Positions 26,743 to 34,304 of a stretch of DNA of 64,000 bases are shown piece after piece. The position numbers and the translations under genes were made by a program. Below the pieces are notes generated by a model. The model did no database searches and was not told where the DNA came from. It saw nothing but the letters and a program-made list of their open reading frames with translations. Source of the stretch: Planctomycetota bacterium (GTDB lineage: Bacteria; Planctomycetota; B15-G4); contig JBBQUR010000017.1 in the NCBI GenBank assembly GCA_038212275.1, positions 32,001 to 96,000 of the forward strand, in the 5' to 3' direction. The number at the start of each line of letters is the position of its first letter. Positions within the stretch are counted from its first letter, which is position 1.

Positions 26743-27909
26743 TCACTCGTAGACCATCCAGAGCTGGCCGGGGAAGAGCCAGGTGAGGCCGTCGCGCAGG
26801 CGATCGCGCCAGTTTTCCCAATTGTGACCGTCGCGCGCCTCCGTGTAGCGCACCTCCATGCCGGTCTCGATCAGCAGCGGGATCAGCGAACGGTTCTCGT
26901 AGATGAGCGGCTCGTAGATGCCGCAGCTCACGAAGACCTGCTCGGCGACGCGGATCGGCTTCTCGCGGAAGGTGTTCACGAAGTCCACCACCGGATCGTA
27001 CGCCGGCCCGCGCCGGTTCGGGCCGATGTCCGTGAAGCCGAAGGAGCCGGAGAGCAGCGCCAGCCTGCCGAAGGACTCCGGCCGGCTCGCGGCCGTCGCC
27101 AGCGAGGCCACAGCCCCGAAGCTCGCTCCCATGAGTCCACGCGCGGCGGGCTCGTCCAGCAGCGACTCCCTGGCCTGCAACCAGGGCAGCAGCTCCCCGG
27201 CGATGAACTGCGCGTGCCGCGGGTCCGCGGCATACTCGTGCAGGCGCTGCACGGGATGCGTGAAGGCCACCACCATCTCGGCCAGCTCGAGCCGGTGCGT
27301 GAGGTTGTCCAGCACCGTCTTCATGCTCGAATAGTTCAGGAAGTCGCCGCCGTCGTGGACGATGAGCAGCGGGTAGCGGCGCTCGCGGCGGTAGCGCGCG
27401 GGGCGATAGAGCGTGATGCGGGCGTCGCGACCCAGCGCGCGGCTCGGCAGCACCAGATCCTCCAGCGTGCCCGGGCGCGTCTCGGGATGCGGGAGCGTCC
27501 ACTCGGGGGTCTCGTAGCCGACGCCGTGCACGACCGAGGTCGTGCCGAAGGGATCGCGTGCGTGACGCCGGTTGAAGGCATCCTCGACCAGCGTCGTCGT
27601 GTCGCCCACTCGCACCTCGAATTTGTATTCGATGCGCGAGGCCTCCGGCAGGTCGAAGGCGAGGTGCCAGAACGGGCCGGGCGCCGCGCGGTTCAGCGGC
27701 AGCCTCGAGGTCAGGCCGGCGATGCGGTGCTGAAGGTGCACGGCGTCGGCCTCGCCTCGATAGAGGAACAGGCAGCGTCGGCCATCCACGATCGGGCAGC
27801 CGTGCGCGTCGACGAAGCGCTGCAGAGCCTCGGTCGACGGCGGATCCGCCGACAGCAGCGCGATGAGCTGGCGCAGGTCCTGCGATGCGTGACTGACGAT
27901 GGCCGTCAT
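26743..27909 (-). CDS. Fes-like esterase with N-terminal CBM48/E-set-like domain
   Basis: N-terminal W...LP...RIEYKF.V...EDAFN; YPLLIVHDG; GASFG elbow; GHNWENWRD. Confidence 0.82.
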   Translation of the reverse strand: MTAIVSHASQDLRQLIALLSADPPSTEALQRFVDAHGCPIVDGRRCLFLYRGEADAVHLQHRIAGLTSRLPLNRAAPGPFWHLAFDLPEASRIEYKFEVRVGDTTTLVEDAFNRRHARDPFGTTSVVHGVGYETPEWTLPHPETRPGTLEDLVLPSRALGRDARITLYRPARYRRERRYPLLIVHDGGDFLNYSSMKTVLDNLTHRLELAEMVVAFTHPVQRLHEYAADPRHAQFIAGELLPWLQARESLLDEPAARGLMGASFGAVASLATAASRPESFGRLALLSGSFGFTDIGPNRRGPAYDPVVDFVNTFREKPIRVAEQVFVSCGIYEPLIYENRSLIPLLIETGMEVRYTEARDGHNWENWRDRLRDGLTWLFPGQLWMVYE

Positions 27910-28853
27910 GCGCCGGTCCAGACGTGGACCGAACCGTCGGCCCCCATGCGGCGCGTGCCCGCCGGGAAGCTCCACGCGCCGTCGAGCAGGTCCACGCGCT
28001 CGCCGTCGTCGAGCGGCACGCAGAGGGCGGGCGCAAAGCGTCGCGCCGTGAGCAGCACGCGGTGCACGTCGTCGAATCGCAGTCGATGGCGCGCGTGCGG
28101 AAAGGGCAGCAGCGCAGGAGCCAGCGCCAGCCCTGCGCCGAACACTTCCGTGTGACCGGGTCCGTGCGGCGGCGTGTTGTGGAACAGGACGACGCGCTCG
28201 GCAAGCGCCATCGCGCCCGCCGACCACGCGAGCACGGTGGCGCCCTTCAGCAGCGAGGCGATGTCGAACAGTCGCAGGCGATTGAGCAGCACAGCCACCT
28301 GTCCGCCGGCGATCGCGACCGCGCCGGCGTCGCGCACCAGCGCCTCGATCTGCCGGCGCTCGTGGGCCACGGCCGGCCGCTGGACGGGCTGCCAGCGCGC
28401 GTCGAACTGCTCGTGCACGTCGGCCACGCGCCGCAGATGCTCCTCATCGAGGACTCGCAGGGCCTCGATGGAGGCGGCGCGCTCGTGCCGCAGCGGGACC
28501 TCATTGCCGGCTCGGTGCAGCAGCTGCATGCAGGCGGCCATGGCATGCGCGAGCCGGAGGCGGTAGAGCGCCTGCAATTCGCGCAGCAGCAGGAGCCGGT
28601 CCTTGAGGGCCTGCTCCAGCTCGGGGTCGCGCCTGAGAACCGTCTCCGAGCGGGACCAGAGATCCAGGTTCACGGTGCGGCCGCCGAAGTGCTCGTCCAG
28701 CTCGCGGTCCTCGCGTTCACGCTCCATCCAGCCGGCGGTGATCGTCGCGATCTTCGCGCCCTCGTCCACGCCCAGCACGCGCGCTGCCTCGACGAGCGAC
28801 GGCTTGTGCCGCTGCGGTCCGAGCAGACAGGCGCACCGCATGGCGCTGCTCAT
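27906..28853 (-). CDS. Peptidase S51-like (peptidase E/cyanophycinase, class I GAT fold) protein
   Basis: ITAGW.ERE, AIAGGQ, AWSAGAMAL, FPHA; ATGA overlaps at both ends. Confidence 0.75.
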   Translation of the reverse strand: MSSAMRCACLLGPQRHKPSLVEAARVLGVDEGAKIATITAGWMEREREDRELDEHFGGRTVNLDLWSRSETVLRRDPELEQALKDRLLLLRELQALYRLRLAHAMAACMQLLHRAGNEVPLRHERAASIEALRVLDEEHLRRVADVHEQFDARWQPVQRPAVAHERRQIEALVRDAGAVAIAGGQVAVLLNRLRLFDIASLLKGATVLAWSAGAMALAERVVLFHNTPPHGPGHTEVFGAGLALAPALLPFPHARHRLRFDDVHRVLLTARRFAPALCVPLDDGERVDLLDGAWSFPAGTRRMGADGSVHVWTGA

Positions 28854-30073
28854 GAAGCGTGCACCTTGAGCGTGCGGCCGACGTGATCGAGCATCTCGCG
28901 AAGCGTGTCGTAGTCCGGGTGCTTGAGGCGCAACCACGCGTTGGCCATGTAGCCGGCCTCGACGGGCTGCGTGGGCGTGCCGGCCGGCGGCAGGTGAGCG
29001 TCGATGATCCAGCGCTCGAACATCGAGCGGATCTCCTCCACGCCCGAGTAGCCGCGGATGGTGCCGTCGCAGTCGGGGCGCAGCGCGATGATGCCGGCCG
29101 AGAAGGCGCGCGAGGCCCGCTGCGACGGGCGGCCGTGCACGATCGCCATGGCCCATTCGCGATAGATGTCCATGTCGTTGGCCGCGGCGTAGAGGTCCCA
29201 CGCGCGCACGCCCGGCGGCCGGCAGCCGATCTCCGAGAACTTCAGCCCCTTGGGCCCGGCGAACCACTCCATGTGCGTGGCCGACGTGCCGATGCCCAGC
29301 ACGGGCAGCACGCGTCGACCGAGCGCCTTCACCTCCGCATAGCCCGGCTCGCTGTCGACGCGGTTCGTGGCGATGAACTGCGGCGAGATCCAGCGCGTGC
29401 GCATGGCCTCGAGAACGTTCGGGTAGTAGTGGCACACGAACTCGTGCGCGACTTCGCCGCCGATGGAGATGGTGTCGTAGAAGCCCTCGTGTCCCTCGAT
29501 GAACTCCTCGACGGCGATCGATCCACCGCGGTCGAAGGGCACGCCGGCCAGTACGGCCTCCAACGCCTGGCGGTCGTCGACGCGGTGCGTGCCCGAGGCG
29601 CCCGCGCCGTCGCGCGGCTTGAGGATGAGCGGATAGCCGACGCGCTCCGCGAAGGCGCGCACCGCGTCCGCGGACTCGCCGCCCAGCGAGGCCGCCGTCG
29701 GGACGCCTGCCTCGCGCAGCACGTCCTTCATCGTCGGCTTGTCGCGGCAGAGCCAGGCCGTGCGCGTGGAGGTGCCCGGAATGCCGCAGGCCTCGCGCAC
29801 GCGGGCCGCCGCACTGATGTGCGCCTCGACCGTGGCCTCCAGCCGCTCCACTCTGACCTTGCTCTGCACGAAACGCACGGCCTTCAGCAGTGCGTCCTCG
29901 TCCACGACGGAACGCACCTGCTCGTAGTGCGAGAGCCATTGCTTCAGTTCAGGATCGAGCGACTCCTTCGGCCGCTCGCCGATGCCGATGGTGGTCGCGC
30001 CCACCGCGTGCAGCGCGCGCGCGAACTCGCGCTGGTTGGCCGGAAAGCACGGCTCGACGAGGATCACGTTCAT
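28850..30073 (-). CDS. ATP-grasp ligase
   Basis: RDKPTMKDVL, LILKPRDGAGASGT, VEEFIEGHE, THMEWF, EIGCRPPG; ATG 30073 overlaps the glgA stop. Confidence 0.88.
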   Translation of the reverse strand: MNVILVEPCFPANQREFARALHAVGATTIGIGERPKESLDPELKQWLSHYEQVRSVVDEDALLKAVRFVQSKVRVERLEATVEAHISAAARVREACGIPGTSTRTAWLCRDKPTMKDVLREAGVPTAASLGGESADAVRAFAERVGYPLILKPRDGAGASGTHRVDDRQALEAVLAGVPFDRGGSIAVEEFIEGHEGFYDTISIGGEVAHEFVCHYYPNVLEAMRTRWISPQFIATNRVDSEPGYAEVKALGRRVLPVLGIGTSATHMEWFAGPKGLKFSEIGCRPPGVRAWDLYAAANDMDIYREWAMAIVHGRPSQRASRAFSAGIIALRPDCDGTIRGYSGVEEIRSMFERWIIDAHLPPAGTPTQPVEAGYMANAWLRLKHPDYDTLREMLDHVGRTLKVHAS

Positions 30074-31704
30074 GGCACTGCTTTCCCCGTGGTGGGCTTC
30101 GATGAGGACCTGGATGCCGGCGCCGACCGCGCGATCGGCACGTCTGGCGCGGCGGGCGCGGCCGGCGCGGCCGACCGTCCGTGCAGCCGCTCGTACAGCT
30201 CGATGTAGCGCCGGCACTGCGTGCGCCACGAGAAGTCGCGGAGCATGCCGTTGGTCTGCAGCCGCCGCCAGGCCTTGCGATCCTCGAAGACGGACAGCGC
30301 GCGTCCCAGCGCCCAGCGCAGCCCCTCGGCGGTGAAGTGGTCGAAGAGAAAGCCGGTGCCCTCGCTCGTGGCGGAGCTCCAGGGATCCACCGTGTCGGCG
30401 AGCCCGCCGGTGCGGCGCACCACCGGAACCGTGCCGTAGCGCAGGCTGTACATCTGGTTGAGGCCGCACGGTTCGTACAGCGACGGCATGAGGAAGAGGT
30501 CGCTGCCCGCCTCGATGCAGTGCGCGAGTTCCTCGCTGAAGCCGCGGAAGAAACAGACGCGCCCGGGGAAGCTCAGCTGGAGCCGCGCCAGCGCCGCCTC
30601 GTAGCTCGGCTCTCCGCTGCCCAGCGCGGCGAAGCGCAGAGTCGTCCGCTGCAGCAGCCCCGGCAGCACGGCCAGCAGCAGCTCCACGCCCTTCTGTGCC
30701 GACAGCCTCGAGACGAAGCCCGCCAGCGGCGCCTCCTTGTCGGCCGACAATCCCAGGCGCGCGAGCAGGTCCGACTTGTTCTTCGCCTTGCGCGCAAGGC
30801 TCTTCACGGAATAGTGCGTGGCGATGTGCGGGTCGGTGAGCGGATTCCAGATCTCGTCGTCGATGCCGTTCAGGATGCCGACCAGCGCGCCGGCGCTCGC
30901 GCGCGCGGCCAGCAGCGCATGCAGGCCCACGCCATGCGCCTCGGTCCGGATTTCCTCCGCATAGCCGGGACTCACCGTCGTGAGCACGTCGGCGTAGAGC
31001 AGACCGTGCTTGAGAAAGCCGATGCGGCCCGCGCGCAGGTCGTCCTGGTGGAGCATGGGCGCCGCGTCGCCCAGCGACAGGTCGGGCAGGATGTCGGCGC
31101 CGAAGCCGCCCTGGTAGCCGAGGTTGTGGATGGTGAGCACCGTGCGCGTGTTCGCGAAGAGCTTGTCCCACGCGTAGATCGAGCGCAGGTAGAGCGGCAC
31201 CAGCGCGGTCTGCCAGTCGTTGCAGTGCAGGATGTCCGGGCCCCACTGCGCGCGCTGCAGGCACTCGATCGTCGCGCGCGAAAGCAGCAGGAAGCGCAGG
31301 TGCTCGTCGGCGTCCTGCGTGTAGATGCCGGGGCGCTCGAACAGCGGCGGGCAGTCGATGAAGTAAACGTCCAGCTCGCTGCCGGGCAGCCGCGCCGTGC
31401 GCAGGGTGACCGGGTAGCGGCGCGAGCCCAGGGTCAGCAGGAAGGGCGGGATTCCGGGCACCGGCCGGAGCTCGACGCCCTGCTCGCGCACCCGCGCATA
31501 GAGCGGCATGAACACGCGCACGTCGTGACCGGCGCGCTGCAATTCGCGCGGCAGCGCCGCCGACACGTCCGCGAGGCCGCCCGTCTTCGCGAAAGACGCC
31601 ATTTCGGAGGTGACGAACGCGATGCGCAACGGATCTCTCGCTGGCTGGCCTGGCGGCCCGGGCGGGAGCGGAGTGTGGCGCGGGGCCCGAACGCGGCGCG
31701 GCAT
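30070..31704 (-). CDS. glgA: Glycogen synthase (GT5)
   Basis: KTGGLADV, HCNDWQT, TIHNLGYQG, GILNGID, SRLSAQKG, MPSLYEPCGLNQ, TGGLADTV. Confidence 0.95.
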   Translation of the reverse strand: MPRRVRAPRHTPLPPGPPGQPARDPLRIAFVTSEMASFAKTGGLADVSAALPRELQRAGHDVRVFMPLYARVREQGVELRPVPGIPPFLLTLGSRRYPVTLRTARLPGSELDVYFIDCPPLFERPGIYTQDADEHLRFLLLSRATIECLQRAQWGPDILHCNDWQTALVPLYLRSIYAWDKLFANTRTVLTIHNLGYQGGFGADILPDLSLGDAAPMLHQDDLRAGRIGFLKHGLLYADVLTTVSPGYAEEIRTEAHGVGLHALLAARASAGALVGILNGIDDEIWNPLTDPHIATHYSVKSLARKAKNKSDLLARLGLSADKEAPLAGFVSRLSAQKGVELLLAVLPGLLQRTTLRFAALGSGEPSYEAALARLQLSFPGRVCFFRGFSEELAHCIEAGSDLFLMPSLYEPCGLNQMYSLRYGTVPVVRRTGGLADTVDPWSSATSEGTGFLFDHFTAEGLRWALGRALSVFEDRKAWRRLQTNGMLRDFSWRTQCRRYIELYERLHGRSAAPAAPAAPDVPIARSAPASRSSSKPTTGKAVP

Positions 31705-31857
31705 GGGGGCGACACTCTATCAACTCGGATCCGCGCCGCCGAGACATGCCGCCGAGACATGTGTCGGAGCAGTCGGAGCAACGGGCGCTGCAGATCTCGC
31801 TGCGGAGATACGCCGCTGTTGTCCCCTGCTCCCGCCGCCAGTAGATTGCTGCGGCCC

Positions 31858-33090
31858 ATGACCACGGTTGCGTTCGTAGCCCCGTATTCGCTCGAGACGA
31901 CGATGCGCTTCGTGCAAGCGGTCGCCGAGCTCCCGGGCGTTCGCTTCGCGCTCGTGACCCACGAGGCCGAGGAGCGGGTGCCCGAGGCGATCCGCGCGCG
32001 GCTTGCGCAGCACTGGCGCGTGACGAACTGCCTCGACCCCGACCAGCTTGCGGCCGCGGTCGAGGGCATCGGCCGCCGCATCGGCCGCGTCGAGCAGCTC
32101 ATCGGCACGCTGGAGGAGCTGCAGGTGCCGCTGGCGCAGGTGCGCGCGCGGTTCGGCATTCCGGGTCTCGGCGTGGAGGCGGCGCGCAACTTCCGCGACA
32201 AGACGCGCATGAAGAGCGTGCTGCAGGCGGCAGGCCTGCCGTGTGCGCGACACCGGGAGGTCGAGAGCGCGGAGGCGGCCGTGGCCTTCGCGCGAGACGC
32301 GGGCTTTCCGCTCGTCGCCAAGCCGCCCGCGGGTGCCGGTGCGCGCAACACCTTCCGCATCGAGGATGCCGCGCAGCTCCGGCAGTGGCTGGACAGCTCG
32401 CCCCCCACCCCCGGCGCGCCCGTGCTGCTCGAGGAGTTCATCACCGGCGCCGAACATTCCTTCGACAGCGTGATGGTCGGCGGCCGGCTGGTGTGGCACT
32501 CCATCAGCCGCTACTTCCCCACGCCGCTGGATGTCCTGAGCAACCCGTGGATCCAGTGGTGCGTCATGCTGCCGCGGGAGATCCATCACGCGGCGTACGA
32601 CGACATCCGCGCGGCGGCAGAAGCCAGCCTGCGCGTGCTCGGCATGGAGACCGGGCTCACGCACATGGAGTGGTTCCGCCGGCCCGATGCACGGCACGGC
32701 TCGAGCCTCGCCATCTCGGAAGTGGCCGCGCGTCCGCCCGGCGCACAGTTCACGACGCTGCTCTCGTACGCGCACGACCTCGATCTGTACAAGGCCTGGG
32801 CACGTCTCGCGGTGACTGGCGCCTTCGAGGCGCCCGAGCGGCGCTGGGCCGTCGGCGCGGCATACCTGCGCGGCCAGGGGCACGGCAAGGTGGTGGCCGT
32901 GCACGGCCTCGATGTCGTCGCCGAGGAACTCGGCCCGCTCATCGTGGAGTCGCGCCTGCCTCGCAAGGGGCAGCAGCCGACGGGCAGTTACGAAGGCGAG
33001 GGCTACGTGATCCTGCGGCACCGGGACACCGAGGTCGTCGAGCGCGCGCTGGCGCGACTCGTGAGCGTGGTGCGCGTGGAGCTGGCATGA
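31858..33090 (+). CDS. ATP-grasp ligase
   Basis: RDKTRMKSVL, VAKPPAGAGARNT, LEEFITGAE, THMEWF, EVAARPPG. Confidence 0.88.
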   Translation: MTTVAFVAPYSLETTMRFVQAVAELPGVRFALVTHEAEERVPEAIRARLAQHWRVTNCLDPDQLAAAVEGIGRRIGRVEQLIGTLEELQVPLAQVRARFGIPGLGVEAARNFRDKTRMKSVLQAAGLPCARHREVESAEAAVAFARDAGFPLVAKPPAGAGARNTFRIEDAAQLRQWLDSSPPTPGAPVLLEEFITGAEHSFDSVMVGGRLVWHSISRYFPTPLDVLSNPWIQWCVMLPREIHHAAYDDIRAAAEASLRVLGMETGLTHMEWFRRPDARHGSSLAISEVAARPPGAQFTTLLSYAHDLDLYKAWARLAVTGAFEAPERRWAVGAAYLRGQGHGKVVAVHGLDVVAEELGPLIVESRLPRKGQQPTGSYEGEGYVILRHRDTEVVERALARLVSVVRVELA

Positions 33091-34304
33091 ACGTCCTGAT
33101 GCTTTCGCCGGGCTACCCGCCCGAGATGCCGCAATTCGCGCGCGGACTCGCGGCCGTCGGTGCGCGCGTGATCGGCCTCGGCGACCAGCCGGAGTCGGCC
33201 CTGCCGGCACCCGCTCGCGCGGCGCTCTCGGCCTACGTGCGCGGACCGGGCTGGGGCGACGAGGACGCGGTGATCGTGGAGGTCGAGCGCCTCGCGCGGC
33301 GCGTGTCCATCGATCGCGTCGAGAGCCTCTGGGAACCGCTCATGGTGCTGGCGGCCCGCATCCGCGAGCGGCTCGGCCTGCCGGGCATGACGGTGGAGCA
33401 GACGCTCCCGTTCCGCGACAAGGAACTCATGAAGCAGGTGCTCGACGCGGCCGGCATCCGCACGCCTCACCATGCACGCGCACACGATGTGAATGAGGTG
33501 ATGCAGGCCATCGAACGCGTGGGTTATCCGGCGATCCTCAAGCCGATCGCCGGCGCGGGTTCCAAGGACACCTTCCGCGTGAACGACGCGGCGGAGCTGG
33601 CCGCCGTGCTGCCGCGCCTGCGCCACGTGGCCGAAGTGAGCGTCGAGGAGTTCGTCGACGGCGAGGAATTCACCTTCGACACCGTGTGCGCCGACGGCCG
33701 CATCCTCTATCACAACATCAGCATGTACCGGCCACGGCCGCTGCTCGCACGCCAGCTCGAGTGGGTTTCTCCGCAGACGATTGCCCTGCGCGAACCGGAA
33801 GCGCCGGCGCTGCAAGGCGGCCGCAAGCTGGGCGAAGCCGTGCTGCGCGCGATGAACTTCCGCGAAGGCTTCACGCACATGGAGTGGTTTCGCAAGGCCG
33901 ACGGCGAGGTCGTCTTCGGCGAGATCGGCGCGCGCCCGCCCGGTGCGTACAGCGTGGACATCATGAACTACGCCTCGGACATCGACCTCTTCACCGGCTG
34001 GGCGGAAGCCGTCTGTCACGGCCGCTTCAGCCAGCCGCTCGAGCGCCGCTACAACTGCGCGTCCATCTTCAAGCGCGCGCGCGGCCAGGGCCGCATCCAG
34101 CGCATCGAGGGCCTCGGTCCGCTGCTGGCCGAGTTCGGCCCGCAGATCGTGCTCGTGGATCTGCTGCCGCCGGGAACTCCCCGCCGCGACTGGCTCAACA
34201 CGCTCATCTCCGACGGCATGGTCATCGTGCGTCACCCGGACTTCTCGATCACCTGCGACATCGCCGACCGCATCGGCACCGACCTGCAGATGGTCGCCGG
34301 GTGA
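33087..34304 (+). CDS. ATP-grasp ligase
   Basis: RDKELMKQVL, ILKPIAGAGSKDT, VEEFVDGEE, THMEWF, EIGARPPG; ATGA overlap with the previous gene. Confidence 0.88.
   Translation: MNVLMLSPGYPPEMPQFARGLAAVGARVIGLGDQPESALPAPARAALSAYVRGPGWGDEDAVIVEVERLARRVSIDRVESLWEPLMVLAARIRERLGLPGMTVEQTLPFRDKELMKQVLDAAGIRTPHHARAHDVNEVMQAIERVGYPAILKPIAGAGSKDTFRVNDAAELAAVLPRLRHVAEVSVEEFVDGEEFTFDTVCADGRILYHNISMYRPRPLLARQLEWVSPQTIALREPEAPALQGGRKLGEAVLRAMNFREGFTHMEWFRKADGEVVFGEIGARPPGAYSVDIMNYASDIDLFTGWAEAVCHGRFSQPLERRYNCASIFKRARGQGRIQRIEGLGPLLAEFGPQIVLVDLLPPGTPRRDWLNTLISDGMVIVRHPDFSITCDIADRIGTDLQMVAG

Noticed and set aside
26743..27909. Calling this gene fes (enterobactin esterase)
   Set aside because: The fold is similar, but there is no siderophore or TonB context, so the symbol is withheld.
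28850..31747. Apparent 965-aa protein, and similar N-terminal extensions (27906-29939, 24728-26656, 30181-33090, 32241-34304, 33686-36670)
   Set aside because: The extensions run through neighbouring real genes. True starts are marked by ATGA/GTGA overlaps or by the onset of family motifs, so these are not fusions.
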